DNA of 64,000 nt from an uncultured Myxococcales bacterium (GCA_964647025.1 CAZYFU010000003.1:32580-96579), one strand, 5' to 3'. Counted from the stretch's first letter, positions 50,605 to 63,592 are shown. The notes: a model not told the origin generated them from the letters alone. A program made the numbers and translations.

Positions 50605-52341
50605 ATGCCATCCGAGACCGCCCCCGCAAGCAAGCTTCCCTCTTGGCTGAAGCCCACCGTTCTGATCACGCTGGCGTCGCTCCTCGTAATCCTGCTCGTG
50701 GTCAGCGTCGCCCAGCGGAACTACGCCGAACCTCTCTTCATCCACGCGACGTACTACTTCCTGATGGTCACGGTCGTGACTTGGGCCGCGACGCACCTCT
50801 GGCTTGCGCGCGACGTTCGAACGGCCGACGTGATCGCCTGGATCAAGGAGAACAAAGCCGGTCTCATCACAGCCGCGATCGTCACCGCCGTCGCGGCCAT
50901 GGCCATCCACCCTGCCCTCCGCGTCCTCTCGGACGAAGCGAACCTGCTCGGCACGTCGAAGAACTTCTTCTTCAGCAAGACCGCCACCTTCACGACGACC
51001 GGGAAGTACTACTACGACAACTTCTGGGACGCAGGCGTGGTCATCGACAGGCGCCCCTCGCTGTTCCCCTTTCTGGTCAGCCTCGTTCACGTCGTACGCG
51101 GCTATTCGTACACCAACGTCTTCCTGTTCAACCTGGCGATGCTCCCGGTGTTCCTGCTGCTCGTCTATCGCATCGCCAAGTCCCTCGGCGGCGAGATCCT
51201 CGGGATCGTGACGTGTCTATTCGTGGCGGCTCACCCGATCACGCTCATCTCCATGCGCTCGGGCGGCTTCGACTTCTTCGCCGCCATGTTCGGAGTGCTG
51301 GTCGCGCACAGTTTCCTGTCGCACAGCCGCCAACCCTCGGCCGAGCGCTTGGCGGTCCTGTGGATGAACCTCTGCATGTTCGCGGAAATCCGCTACGAGA
51401 CCGCCCTGTTCTTGCCGCCGGTCATCGCCGTCCTGCTGGTCTGCCGGCTGGTCAAGAAGGAGTACCTCAAGCCGTTTGCCTTGGTCTACGCGCTGACGCC
51501 GGCCTTCCTACTGCCTCGCATCTGGCAATCGATCTTGCGGGGCAACGTGCCCGAGCAAGACCCCGGCGCCATCACGTTCAGCGTGAAGAACTTCCTCGAG
51601 AACTCGCGTGACTACTTCAAACCGATGTTCACGCCCTTCGACTTCCACCCGCCCCACTCGGCCATCGTCATCGCGCTCGGCGTGATCGGCAGCATCATGG
51701 GACTGCGCTGGTGCATTCAGCGCGCACGCAAGCGCGACTGGCAGAGCGGCGAGCTGAAGTTCGGCGCCATGGTGATCACCTGGATGATCGTGCAACTCGT
51801 GATCGTGTTCACCTACGTCTGGGGACGTGCCCAGCACCCGGCGGCCTCTCGTCTGGTCATCGCGATCGACACCTTCTTCTCGTTCCCGGCGGCGTGGGCC
51901 CTGGTCAAGCTGCTCGAGCGGACGCGCCGCCGATTCATGGCCGTGCTGGTCGCGGCGGCGATCCTCGCCATCTACGTGCCCGTGGCATCCGAGTTCCGCA
52001 TCTTGAACGAGCTCACGCTCACCCGCGAAGCCGCCAGCACCTGGCGCTTCTTCGAGAGCCTCCACGAGAAGCGCATCATGATCGTCGTCGATCGCCCGGG
52101 TCTGTACACCATCATGGAATACGGTGCCACCGACTTCGACAACGCCAGGCAGGACGCAGGCCTCCTCGAAGCGTGGTCCCGGCATCTGTTCTACGACATG
52201 TATGTGGTGCAGCAGATCGACCTGTCCACCCGCAAGCCGATGCCCCAGTTCGAGATCTGGCCCGACCGCCCCAAGCAGACCATGCTGGAGTTCCAGAACG
52301 ACGCCAACGCCACCGTGCGGATCTCGAAGCTCGTGCGCTAG
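50605..52341 (+). CDS. Polytopic membrane protein (possible GT-C-fold glycosyltransferase), hypothetical
   Basis: About 12 predicted TMs followed by a roughly 150-aa soluble C-terminal domain. No confident family assignment. Confidence 0.5.
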   Translation: MPSETAPASKLPSWLKPTVLITLASLLVILLVVSVAQRNYAEPLFIHATYYFLMVTVVTWAATHLWLARDVRTADVIAWIKENKAGLITAAIVTAVAAMAIHPALRVLSDEANLLGTSKNFFFSKTATFTTTGKYYYDNFWDAGVVIDRRPSLFPFLVSLVHVVRGYSYTNVFLFNLAMLPVFLLLVYRIAKSLGGEILGIVTCLFVAAHPITLISMRSGGFDFFAAMFGVLVAHSFLSHSRQPSAERLAVLWMNLCMFAEIRYETALFLPPVIAVLLVCRLVKKEYLKPFALVYALTPAFLLPRIWQSILRGNVPEQDPGAITFSVKNFLENSRDYFKPMFTPFDFHPPHSAIVIALGVIGSIMGLRWCIQRARKRDWQSGELKFGAMVITWMIVQLVIVFTYVWGRAQHPAASRLVIAIDTFFSFPAAWALVKLLERTRRRFMAVLVAAAILAIYVPVASEFRILNELTLTREAASTWRFFESLHEKRIMIVVDRPGLYTIMEYGATDFDNARQDAGLLEAWSRHLFYDMYVVQQIDLSTRKPMPQFEIWPDRPKQTMLEFQNDANATVRISKLVR

Positions 52342-52395
52342 AACGCAAAAGGGCGCCAAGCACGATGCTGGCGCCCCCCACGAAACTTCGACGCG

Positions 52396-52956
52396 CTAGA
52401 AGTTGATGTACGCGCCGGCGCGGCCTTCGAGGATCCAGGCCAGCTTCGAGTCCGTGGTGAAGGTGCTGGTGTTCACGACGTCTCGCTTGCGCGGCAGCGC
52501 GCCCACCTCGGCGAAGATACCGAGCGCGGGCACGAAGGCGATGCCCGGCAGGCCGATGCGCAAGCCCACGGCACCGCCCCACAGGATCTCACGCTTGCCA
52601 GCGTCGCGGTCGAACAGGTTGTTCACGCCGAAAATGACACGCCCATAGATCGGCAGCACGGGAGGAACCAGCGAGATCATCGGCCGCAGCTCGAGGTTGC
52701 TCTTGGCGCCGGTCTTGTCCCCGAAGTCGGCGACGATGCCCAGCTGCAGGCGAAACATCGAGAGTACCGGCAGGGACGGCGCGTAGCCCGGCGCGATCAT
52801 CACGTTGGTCGTCTCCCAACGGCTGACCCCGTCGACCGGCTTGGGCGACGCCTGCAGGCCCTTGCCGAGGGAAGCCTCCAGGAGGAAGCCCGCCCGCGCG
52901 GCAGTGGGAAGCAGAATCATGGCGGTCAGGGTGGCGGCAACTAGGAACTTGCGCAT
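52396..52956 (-). CDS. Small outer-membrane beta-barrel-like protein, hypothetical
   Basis: Signal peptide. Alternating hydrophobic pattern. C-terminal Phe (AGAYINF). Confidence 0.45.
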   Translation of the reverse strand: MRKFLVAATLTAMILLPTAARAGFLLEASLGKGLQASPKPVDGVSRWETTNVMIAPGYAPSLPVLSMFRLQLGIVADFGDKTGAKSNLELRPMISLVPPVLPIYGRVIFGVNNLFDRDAGKREILWGGAVGLRIGLPGIAFVPALGIFAEVGALPRKRDVVNTSTFTTDSKLAWILEGRAGAYINF

Positions 52957-53047
52957 GGGGTGTCTCCTCATAAGTATGGGGTCGGGCACTTCACCCGATA
53001 GTCACATGGCTACCCCAGCCTCGGATGCCGGTCAATAGCGCGAGGAT

Positions 53048-54481
53048 CTACTCCCGCGACTTGGGCTGTGCTTTTCGCTTGCTGCGGTGGGCACGGAGGG
53101 CCAACCGCAAAGGAGCCCCCTCGAAACCGTAGGCCTGGCGAAGTTGGTTGACCAAGTAACGACGGTAGGGATGGCCAACCGCGTTGGGCAGGTTGGTGCT
53201 CACGAAGAAGGTCGGCGGACGAGCATCGGCCTGGGTGATGAAGTACAGCTTCACGTGCCTGCCCGTCGGTCCCGACGGCGGCAGACGACGGGACACGATG
53301 GCCTCGAAGTTCTTGTTCAGGTCTGCCGTGGCGACCCGGCGAGACCACTGCCCAAAGACCTTTTGTGCCATCGCCGGAATCGCGCTGACCCCACGGCCGG
53401 TGTACGCCGACATGGGCAGGAACGGGGCGTAGCTGACGAAATCCAGGACCTCCCTGGCCCCGCTGATCCGAGCGTCGGTCTCGGCCCGGCGCACCAGGTC
53501 CATCTTGTTCAGGATGACGATGGCCGCGCGGCCCGACTCCTCGATGAAGCTGGCCAGCTTGGCGTCCTCGGCGGTCGCCCCCTTGTCGGCATCGATCACC
53601 AATGCGACGACGTCGGCGCGCGCGAGCTGATCGCGCGCCATCTTCGCCGCCACCGCCTCGGTCTGCGTGTCGATGGCCCGTCGACGTCGCAACCCGGCCG
53701 TGTCGACCAGGATGAATTCGCGATTCCCGGCGCGAAACGGGGTATCGATCGGGTCGCGCGTCGTCCCCGGTTGGTCGTGCACCAACACGCGATCCTCACC
53801 GAGCAGTCGGTTCACGAGCGAAGACTTGCCGGCGTTGGGTTTGCCGACGAAGGCGATCCGGATGGGCGGCTCGCCCTCAGCGGTGCTGGATTCGCCGTCG
53901 GCCGAGCCGGGTTCCTCGCGGTCGTCGCCCTCCGGCGACTTCACGCCCCGAAGCCCCATGGCCAGCACGGCCGCGTCGAGCAAGTCCCCGATGCCCCGAC
54001 CGTGCGTCGCCGACACTCCGAAGACCTGCTCGAAGCCCAGGGCAAATCCCTCGGCCAGGGCCGAATCGCGCAGCGACGAGTCGACCTTGTTCATGGCAAC
54101 CAGAACCGGCTTTCCCGTACGGCGCAAGAGCACCGCGACGTCCTCGTCCACCGCGGTCACGCCCTCCGCGGCGTCGAGAACGAGCACCAGCGCGCTCGCA
54201 TCGTCGACGGCTCGCAGGGTCTGCGACCGCATGGCCGCAAGAATGCCGTGGGCGTTGGGGTCGAGCCCGCCGGTATCCACGACGCGAAACTTGGCCGTGT
54301 CCCACGAGCACACGCCATACCGGCGGTCGCGGGTCACGCCCGGCATGTCTTCGACCAGCGCGGGGCGCCCGCCCACCAGGCGGTTGAACAGCGAGGACTT
54401 GCCCACGTTCGGCCGCCCGACCAGCGACAGCAGGGGCAGGTTCTCGGAAGCTGGGTCGACGCCCTCTGGTAGGCGGCTCAT
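53048..54481 (-). CDS. der: Ribosome-biogenesis GTPase Der (EngA), tandem G domains plus KH-like domain
   Basis: Two G1 motifs (GRPNVGKSS; GKPNAGKSS). Two DxxG and NKxD sets. ATGA overlap with era. Confidence 0.9.
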   Translation of the reverse strand: MSRLPEGVDPASENLPLLSLVGRPNVGKSSLFNRLVGGRPALVEDMPGVTRDRRYGVCSWDTAKFRVVDTGGLDPNAHGILAAMRSQTLRAVDDASALVLVLDAAEGVTAVDEDVAVLLRRTGKPVLVAMNKVDSSLRDSALAEGFALGFEQVFGVSATHGRGIGDLLDAAVLAMGLRGVKSPEGDDREEPGSADGESSTAEGEPPIRIAFVGKPNAGKSSLVNRLLGEDRVLVHDQPGTTRDPIDTPFRAGNREFILVDTAGLRRRRAIDTQTEAVAAKMARDQLARADVVALVIDADKGATAEDAKLASFIEESGRAAIVILNKMDLVRRAETDARISGAREVLDFVSYAPFLPMSAYTGRGVSAIPAMAQKVFGQWSRRVATADLNKNFEAIVSRRLPPSGPTGRHVKLYFITQADARPPTFFVSTNLPNAVGHPYRRYLVNQLRQAYGFEGAPLRLALRAHRSKRKAQPKSRE

Positions 54482-55491
54482 GGCTCTTCCTCTCCGTAAC
54501 CGAGCTCGGCCAGGTCCGCCGGGGACGTGGTCCAGCCCTCTTCGACTCGGACGTTCAGCCGCAGGTGGACCGGCCGCCCGAGGAAGTCGGAGATCTCCTT
54601 GCGCGCAGCCGTGCCAACGTCGCGGATCATCGCACCACGCCTGCCCACCACGATGGCCTTCTGGCTCTCGCGGTCCACGATGATGCTGGCGTCGATGACC
54701 ACGTCGCCCTTCTCGCGCTCGTTCCAGTTGTCCACCATCACCGCGGTAGAGTACGGAAGCTCCTGCTCGAGTCGCAGGAAGAGCTGCTCGCGAATCAGCT
54801 CGCCAGCGAGAAAGCGCTCGGTGCGATCAGTGAGCACGTCCGGTCCATAGAGCGGCGCGCGCTCGGGCAAGAGACGCAATAGCTCCTTCACCAGGCCATC
54901 GAGCCCCTTCTTGCGCGTAGCACAAGTGGGAACCACCGCGGAGAACTTGCCGGCCCTGCCCCACCACTCGATGAGCGGAAGGATCTGGGTCTTGTCGCCG
55001 ACCTTGTCGACCTTGTTGAGGCAAAGCACGGCCGGCTTCGCGGTGGCGGCCAAGCGCTCGAGGATCCACGACTCGGCTTCGGGGAGCTTCGCCGAGGGGG
55101 CAAGGCCGCCGGCCTTCTCCTTGGCTTCGACCACCATCAAGACCGCGTCGACTCCGTCGATCGACCCCATCGCCTCGCGCACCATGAATCGGTTGAGCTG
55201 AGAGCGCGCCACGTGCACGCCCGGCGTGTCCACGAAAACGATCTGTCCCTTGGCCGCCCGGCCCGCGCCCCGGGGATCGTCGAGGGCCAGCGTGGACGTC
55301 CCGTTCCAGACACCCACGATTCGGTTGCGGGTGGTCTGGGGCTTGGGCGTCACGATGGCGAGCTTCTCGCCCACGATGGCATTGAGCAACGTGGACTTGC
55401 CCACGTTGGGCCGCCCTAAAATGGCCACCGTTCCCGCCACTTGGACGGCGTCCGGGGGCAGATCTCCCTGGTTTTGCGCTGGGTCTGACAC
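54478..55491 (-). CDS. era: GTPase Era
   Basis: G1 GRPNVGKST, TTRN, DTPG, NKVD. C-terminal KH domain. Confidence 0.9.
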   Translation of the reverse strand: MSDPAQNQGDLPPDAVQVAGTVAILGRPNVGKSTLLNAIVGEKLAIVTPKPQTTRNRIVGVWNGTSTLALDDPRGAGRAAKGQIVFVDTPGVHVARSQLNRFMVREAMGSIDGVDAVLMVVEAKEKAGGLAPSAKLPEAESWILERLAATAKPAVLCLNKVDKVGDKTQILPLIEWWGRAGKFSAVVPTCATRKKGLDGLVKELLRLLPERAPLYGPDVLTDRTERFLAGELIREQLFLRLEQELPYSTAVMVDNWNEREKGDVVIDASIIVDRESQKAIVVGRRGAMIRDVGTAARKEISDFLGRPVHLRLNVRVEEGWTTSPADLAELGYGEEEP

Positions 55492-55580
55492 TGGCCGGCT
55501 TGTATAGCACAGGCGGCCCGCGAGCCCGCGGCTTAGATCTTTTCCGAACCTCCCACGTTCTACCCACCCGGAGGGTCGCT

Positions 55581-56558
55581 ATGAAGATGAACATCGCCAA
55601 GTCGTCCATGAACATTCCGCGTCACGCCCGCTTCGCCGTCGTCGTCGCGGGGCTCGTCGCATGTGCCGCGCCTGCTCGCAACGCAGAGAGCCGTCCGCTT
55701 CGCGCTAGCGCCGCGGGCTACCAGGTCCAGGTCCTCGTCGACGGCAGCCCTGCCCAAACCTTCTGGCACCAGGGCGAGACCTACGTCCTCGGCCAGATGG
55801 GCGACCGCTACACCATCCGGGTGGAAAACCACAGCAGCCGCCGCATCGAAGCCGTGGTCACGGTCGATGGGCGAGATGTGGTGGACGGCAAAGCCGGAGA
55901 CTTTCGCAACAAGCGCGGTTACCTGGTCCCGGCCTGGGGACATGTGGATATCGACGGTTGGCGCCTCTCGGAATCCAAAGCCGCGGCCTTTCGCTTCTCG
56001 TCGGTGGCTGATTCCTATGCCTCGCGGACTGGCATTGCGCGTGAGGTGGGCGTGATCGGCGTGGCGGTGTTCCCGGAACGGACATACCGGCCGCGTCCGA
56101 TGCCGGTTCCGCCGCCCTGCTGTATGGACTACCGCGATGACGAGTACGGCACGCGCAGGGCCCCCGCCGAGAAAAAGGGCTACCACGAGCCGGCAGCACA
56201 AGCCCCGGCCGCGCCGGCCGAGGCAGCCTCGAATAGCGGGCTTGGTGCTTCCCGCAGCAAGGCCGCGGCGGACTACGCCCCGCCCTCACCTTCACGTCGG
56301 GAACGCCCGGGTCTCGGCACCGAGTTCGGCGAGGCCGTCCACTCGCACATCCAAGAGGTCGAGTTCGTGCGAGCCAATTCGTCGATCCCGTCCGTCCTGC
56401 TCGGGGTGCGCTACAACGACCACGACGGACTCGTCGCCATGGGCGTCAGCGTGGACGGGGTATATCCGAACGACAGCGACCTGCGCCGCACGGCGGATCC
56501 ATTCCCCGCCTCGCCCCGGCGCTACGCCGCCCCTCCGGCCGGCTGGCAACGCTACTGA
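55581..56558 (+). CDS. Hypothetical lipoprotein with Pro/Ala-rich segment
   Basis: GGAGGG RBS 5 nt upstream. Lipobox LVAC. Start taken at the ATG at 55581. Confidence 0.55.
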   Translation: MKMNIAKSSMNIPRHARFAVVVAGLVACAAPARNAESRPLRASAAGYQVQVLVDGSPAQTFWHQGETYVLGQMGDRYTIRVENHSSRRIEAVVTVDGRDVVDGKAGDFRNKRGYLVPAWGHVDIDGWRLSESKAAAFRFSSVADSYASRTGIAREVGVIGVAVFPERTYRPRPMPVPPPCCMDYRDDEYGTRRAPAEKKGYHEPAAQAPAAPAEAASNSGLGASRSKAAADYAPPSPSRRERPGLGTEFGEAVHSHIQEVEFVRANSSIPSVLLGVRYNDHDGLVAMGVSVDGVYPNDSDLRRTADPFPASPRRYAAPPAGWQRY

Positions 56559-56598
56559 TTGTCCTCAGTCACGGAGCGACTGTACACTCCACCCCTGG

Positions 56599-57201
56599 AT
56601 GACGGATGAGGCTCTCATGGCAGCGTACCAGAAAGGCGACGTCGCAGCTTTCGCCGAGCTGGTCGCTCGCCATGAGAAGCGCCTGTGGAACTTCGTCAGG
56701 CGATTCGTGGCGGACTCGGCGACGGCCGAGGATCTCCTGCAGGAGGTCTTCCTGCGTATCGTGCGCAGCGCAGCCGAGTGGCAGGCGTCCGCGAAGTTCT
56801 CGACCTGGCTTTACACCATCGCGCGCAACCTGTGCACCGACAACGCCCGCCGAGGAGCCTTCCGCAGAGCAGAATCACTGGACCAGACCCCAGGTCCGAG
56901 CCGCGACGAATCTGGCCCGCGCCGCATCGAGAAGATCGCGGGCAACGTCCCCACAGCCGAGAAGGCAGCCATGAATCGCGAGATCGCGGATCGGGTCGAC
57001 CAGGCGCTCGCCAAGCTACCTGTCGAGCAACGCGAGGTCTTCCTGATGCGCGAGGTGATGGACATGTCCTTCGCGGAGATCGCGAGCGCCACGAAGAGCA
57101 GCGAGCCCACGGTGAAGAGCCGCATGCGGTACGCGCTCGAACGGTTGCGCTCGGCCTTGGGAGAGTTCTCCGAAGACACTGTTGCCATGGGGAGCCTCTA
57201 G
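56599..57201 (+). CDS. ECF (sigma-70 family, group 4) RNA polymerase sigma factor
   Basis: Region 2 (DLLQEVFLRIV ... FSTWLYTIARN) and region 4 (LPVEQREVFLMREVMDMSFAEIA). Start taken at the ATG at 56599. Confidence 0.85.
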   Translation: MTDEALMAAYQKGDVAAFAELVARHEKRLWNFVRRFVADSATAEDLLQEVFLRIVRSAAEWQASAKFSTWLYTIARNLCTDNARRGAFRRAESLDQTPGPSRDESGPRRIEKIAGNVPTAEKAAMNREIADRVDQALAKLPVEQREVFLMREVMDMSFAEIASATKSSEPTVKSRMRYALERLRSALGEFSEDTVAMGSL

Positions 57202-58608
57202 ATGAACTGCAACAGCGTCAAAGAGCGTCTGGTCGACTTCCTCTACGAGGAGCTGCCGACCGACTCGCGTGCCGACTTCGAGGCGCACCTGCGCGATTGT
57301 GCGGCCTGCAAGGCAGAGGTCGCGAGCTACCGAATGACTCTTGGGAGCGCCCGCACGGCGCTGTCGGGCACGCTGGCGCAAGAGCCTCCGGCGCGTGTGC
57401 ACGAGGCGGTGATGGCGGCGGCCAAGGCGGCGGCCCGGTCGAAGGCCGTCGCGCGCACACCGTCTCGCGATACTCGCGAGGCTGGCTTCTTTGCTCGGCT
57501 CTGGCGGGCGCCATGGCTCATGCCTGCGCTCGGTGCAGCGTCGGTGGCGACGGTCGTGTTCTTGGTTCGCGTGCTGAAGAATCCCGAGGTGATTCCCGGC
57601 CAGCGACCGGCGCCGATAGGCGAGCAGGCCGAGCCGTCTCCCGTGCGAGCGCCGGCAGCCCCACCGCCGGAGATGCATGCCGAGGCCGCTGCCGGCAAGA
57701 CGGAACGGGCGCCCCTCGACGAGTTGCCCGGCGCCAGGAACAAAGCCGCCAAGGCCAGAGGCGCTCTCAAAGATGCGCCACGCACGAGAGAGAGTGAGAA
57801 GAAAGGATCTGCCGAAAGCGCCTCCGGGGCGATCCGCTTCGATCGCGATGTGTTGGGAGGCGCGGACAAGGAGACGGCCCCAGCCGCGGCAAAGAAGAAG
57901 ATGGGCCAGATCGCCGGGAGCGATTTGTTCGACGAGCCAAGCGGCGCCTTGCAGGAAGCTCCGCCAGCGCCACGCAGATACGTCGAGCCGCCTCCACCAC
58001 GCCCGATGGAAAGCCCGGTCGCCGAGCAACGACGACCACAGCCAAAGGACATGCGGATGCCGGCCAAACCGGCTAGCAACCTCGGGCCCACGGGCCATGA
58101 CGACTTCGACGACACACAGAAGCGCGTAGCCGTCAAACGCGCGCCGGCGCCGAGCCCAGAGCCAGAAAGATCAGCCCACGGAGCACCAGCGTCCGCGGGA
58201 CCTCTCCCGGCCGCAGCGCCGCCGCCACCAGCGGCCCCCTCCTCGATTGCCCAACGACGCATGGGCAAGCGCGCCGAGCTTGTGGCCGAGGCCGAAGCAA
58301 CCTACGCGGCAGCGCCTGTTGCGCCAGACGAATCCAGCGACGAGGAAGAGGCGAAGGTCGAATCGCGGCCGGCCCTTGCGGAGGCCTTGCGCCGGGCGGA
58401 TCGCCTCTTCGCCGAACGCAAATGGGGCGCGGCAGCCGAGGCCTACCGAGAGATCCTCCGCCGCTATCCCTCCCACGGCGATGCCGGCAAGTGGCGGTCG
58501 CGCATCGACCAGGCCGTGCTCGCAGCCGGTGAATCGGAGGCTGTCGAGAGGAAGGCGGCGAAGGCGAAGGCGGCCGAGCGGGAGACTCCCCAACCAGCGA
58601 AGCCGTGA
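57202..58608 (+). CDS. Anti-sigma factor (zinc-finger anti-sigma N-domain, one TM, long Pro/Ala-rich periplasmic tail ending in a TPR-like segment)
   Basis: Starts 1 nt after the sigma gene stop. HLRDCAACKAEV (H-x3-C-x2-C). TM WLMPALGAASVATVVFLV. Confidence 0.7.
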   Translation: MNCNSVKERLVDFLYEELPTDSRADFEAHLRDCAACKAEVASYRMTLGSARTALSGTLAQEPPARVHEAVMAAAKAAARSKAVARTPSRDTREAGFFARLWRAPWLMPALGAASVATVVFLVRVLKNPEVIPGQRPAPIGEQAEPSPVRAPAAPPPEMHAEAAAGKTERAPLDELPGARNKAAKARGALKDAPRTRESEKKGSAESASGAIRFDRDVLGGADKETAPAAAKKKMGQIAGSDLFDEPSGALQEAPPAPRRYVEPPPPRPMESPVAEQRRPQPKDMRMPAKPASNLGPTGHDDFDDTQKRVAVKRAPAPSPEPERSAHGAPASAGPLPAAAPPPPAAPSSIAQRRMGKRAELVAEAEATYAAAPVAPDESSDEEEAKVESRPALAEALRRADRLFAERKWGAAAEAYREILRRYPSHGDAGKWRSRIDQAVLAAGESEAVERKAAKAKAAERETPQPAKP

Positions 58609-58720
58609 CCCCCTGGCAGGATCTGCAGGACCAGCATGGGCCTGCTCTCGCAGTCCTGCGAACGAAAAAGGGGATCTGGATTGCCTCCAGATCCCCTCGT
58701 TCCTGCTCACGCCGAGCGAG

Positions 58721-60841
<2,121 letters not shown>

Positions 60842-60989
60842 ATGGGAGTCTCCTCTCTTCTTTCCACCGGCCCCCTGTGTGCTTCGTCCCTTGTCTCGCA
60901 GGTCCTTGCGCGGCTGTACCACTTCCATGCACAGCTAGAATCTGCGGGAAAAAGGATGAACGCAGGCACCGGGGCCTCGTCAATCGATC

Positions 60990-61015
60990 AAGGGGTGGCC
61001 ACATGGCCACCCCGC
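60990..61015 (-). terminator. Perfect palindrome GGGGTGGCC-ACAT-GGCCACCCC between rpsO and pnp (rpsO terminator / pnp leader hairpin)
   Basis: 9-bp GC-rich stem with a 4-nt loop, about 40 nt after the rpsO stop on the transcribed strand. Followed by TTGATCGATT. Confidence 0.45.
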
Positions 61016-61050
61016 CCTTTGTGATGCCGGCCAATGGCCGACGTGAACGC

Positions 61051-61320
61051 CTACTTGCGGATGCCGAGCGTCAGGATCAAGTCCCGATAGCGCTTGACGT
61101 CCTTCTTCTTCAAGTAGTCGAGCAACCGGCGCCTTTGGCTAACTAGCATCAGCAGGCCACGACGCGAGTGGTGATCCTTCGCGTGCACCCGAAAGTGCTC
61201 CGTGAGGTAGGAAATGCGTTCCGACAAGAGGGCGATTTGAACTTCCGGCGAGCCCGTATCGGCTTCGCTGCGGGCGAACTTCTTGACGACTTCTGCTTTC
61301 TTGACTGCGGCTAGACCCAT
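61051..61320 (-). CDS. rpsO: 30S ribosomal protein S15
   Basis: 89 aa. Highly conserved S15 sequence ([32 protein letters not shown]). Confidence 0.95.
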   Translation of the reverse strand: MGLAAVKKAEVVKKFARSEADTGSPEVQIALLSERISYLTEHFRVHAKDHHSRRGLLMLVSQRRRLLDYLKKKDVKRYRDLILTLGIRK

Positions 61321-61429
61321 TCGGTCACACTCATTTCTCTCGAATCTTCAACGTTTTTTGAGCCCTTAATGTCCTACATCGCGCGTCCGGAGTCAACCAT
61401 CGTCAAACGGCTAGGTCCGGACCCGCGAT

Positions 61430-63592
61430 TTAGGCGTGCGAGACTACTAGCAAAGTTTCGCTCCGCCTCAAAATGCATTCGAGCACACGGTCCAGGGTCT
61501 CTGGGTCCAGCGTGGCAAAGCTCTCGTCGAGCACGCGGACGTCGGCCTGCTGGGCCAACGCACGTGCCACGCATACCCGCGCCCGCTCCCCCTGGGACAA
61601 CTGCCAGCCACTGTCGCCAACCATCTGCTGAATGCCTGCGGGCATTCGCGCCAGCAGACCATCGAGCCCAAGCTCTCGGCAGATCTGCTCGAGCTCGACG
61701 ATGTCGGCGTCACTCGGCGGCCACCGTCGCGCCATCGCGATGTTGAACAGCAGCGGCGCAGACAAGATGTGGTTGTCGTGACTCTGTGGGACGCTCGCTA
61801 CACGCTGGCGCCACCGCTCGGGTCGTAGGCTGTGGTGGTCGAATCCGCCCAGCAACAGAAGTCCGCTCGAGGGCTGGCGCAGGCCACACAGGAGCGCCCC
61901 CAGTGTCGACTTGCCCGATCCCGAGCGACCTTCCACCAGCACGCGTTCCCCCCGGTGGACCTCGAAGTCGGCTCCGCGCAACACCGGCTCCAATCGCCCG
62001 GGGTACCGGTAGCTCACGTCGCGGCCCACGAGCAGAGCGCGTCGCCCCTGGGTGGCCTCGTCGACCTCGTTGGGCAGGACCGCGACTTGCTCCGTGGGCT
62101 CGGCCGCGCTGGCTGCCGAGGCGATCGGCTTGGTGCTTCGCCACGCCGCCACTGCCGTCGCCAGCCCCGGCCCAGTTTCCAGGGCGATACGGCGAAAAGC
62201 GAGGTACACGAGCATCACCCCGCCGAGGCTCACCGCCACGTGCGGCGAGGAGGCTCGGGCCGCCGCGAAATCGGGCACGAGCGCCGCCACGCCCGCGATG
62301 AGCCAGCCGCGAGGGATCAGCACCGCAAGCTTGGCCATCGCGCTGTCCATCGCAGCCTCCTTGCGCGCGTACTCGGCCAACGCGCGCTCTTCGCCGACGT
62401 GTCGCTTGTCGGGAGCGAGCTGCGCCACCATGGTGCGGTAGCCAACCATCGTCTCGACCAAATCGTCGGTGAGGGCCAGTCGGGCGTCGGTCCAGTCGAG
62501 CAACCGGCGATAGAGCCTTCGGACGAGGTAAGCAGCGAGGCCAAGACATAGAACGAAGATGACGGCATGACTGACGGGTGCGACGCCCGCCATGAGGACC
62601 AGCAAGCCGCAGGCACACTGAGCGATGTCGGCCAGCAACGTTGGACCGCCGGTTCGCGCCAGCGCGTCGAGCGCGTCGGCATCGAGCACGACACCGAGCA
62701 AGGCGCCGATGCCGTTTGCCCGAACCTTGTCCACGGGCAGACGCAGAATCCCCCCCAACAACCGTTCGCGCGTGATGCCTCCCACGTACACGGCAAGCCG
62801 CCCTGCCCCCCAAATTGCGGAGCCTCGGCAGATCACGAAGCAGGGAAGCATGAGCGCCCAGGCCCACAGCCAGCCTTGCGAAAGATGTCCCTCCATCGCG
62901 GCTGAACCGATGAGCCACCACGACACGAGGTAGATCGAGAACGCGAGCAAATAGAAGAACACCGTCCCGAACAGCAGAGGTCTTCCGCCGGCCTCGATGA
63001 AGCGCGCGACGAAGCCGCTGTCGGCCGGGGCAAACGAGAAGCCGGAGCAGAGCTCGACGCGCCTGCTTTCCCGTCGGAGCACGCGCTCGGCGATTCCGGC
63101 CGAACGTGAGTCCAGACCGGCCTCGGCGCAGAAGCCGCGCAGGTCGGAGCTCGACTCGCCCGTCCCCGCGAGGAGGCTGTCGATCTCGGCGATGGGGACA
63201 CGCACCGGCTCTCGGCTCGGCGGTAGGATCTCGACCTCGGTCCCTCGCCCGAGCAACCGCAGGAGAACCAAGAACTGCCGTTTGGGCTGCGCCGGCAGCA
63301 CCACCAGAATGGGGCCACCCTCCGCGAGCATGGCCGCGGCGGTGAGCTCCGTGCGTTCCTTCGCCTCGGCGATGAGCCCGAGCCTCGCCCCGGCGTCTTC
63401 GAGCCAGCGTCCGAGATCGAGCAGCGAAGCGTCGTCCACCGCCGACGGCACTGACGAAAGGCGGCGCACACGCTGTCGGGGCAACACACGTTCCGCGATC
63501 GACTCGAGGGCCAGCCCCAGTTGGTCGGCGCCCCACGCGAGAGCGTTCGCCTCGGCGGATGCGCGTGGGGCCGACGACTTCTCGGTCATCAT
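61430..63592 (-). CDS. ABC exporter, fused TMD-NBD half-transporter with an N-terminal accessory domain of about 200 aa
   Basis: Walker A GRSGSGKST, signature LSQGERARV, Walker B VLDESFATLD. Six TMs. Start ATG at 63592 overlaps the upstream partner's stop (ATGA). Confidence 0.75.
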   Translation of the reverse strand: MMTEKSSAPRASAEANALAWGADQLGLALESIAERVLPRQRVRRLSSVPSAVDDASLLDLGRWLEDAGARLGLIAEAKERTELTAAAMLAEGGPILVVLPAQPKRQFLVLLRLLGRGTEVEILPPSREPVRVPIAEIDSLLAGTGESSSDLRGFCAEAGLDSRSAGIAERVLRRESRRVELCSGFSFAPADSGFVARFIEAGGRPLLFGTVFFYLLAFSIYLVSWWLIGSAAMEGHLSQGWLWAWALMLPCFVICRGSAIWGAGRLAVYVGGITRERLLGGILRLPVDKVRANGIGALLGVVLDADALDALARTGGPTLLADIAQCACGLLVLMAGVAPVSHAVIFVLCLGLAAYLVRRLYRRLLDWTDARLALTDDLVETMVGYRTMVAQLAPDKRHVGEERALAEYARKEAAMDSAMAKLAVLIPRGWLIAGVAALVPDFAAARASSPHVAVSLGGVMLVYLAFRRIALETGPGLATAVAAWRSTKPIASAASAAEPTEQVAVLPNEVDEATQGRRALLVGRDVSYRYPGRLEPVLRGADFEVHRGERVLVEGRSGSGKSTLGALLCGLRQPSSGLLLLGGFDHHSLRPERWRQRVASVPQSHDNHILSAPLLFNIAMARRWPPSDADIVELEQICRELGLDGLLARMPAGIQQMVGDSGWQLSQGERARVCVARALAQQADVRVLDESFATLDPETLDRVLECILRRSETLLVVSHA

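Noticed and set aside
57600-58300. GC-rich low-complexity stretch rich in GCC/CCG
   Set aside because: Encodes the Pro/Ala-rich periplasmic tail of the anti-sigma factor. It is not a non-coding repeat.
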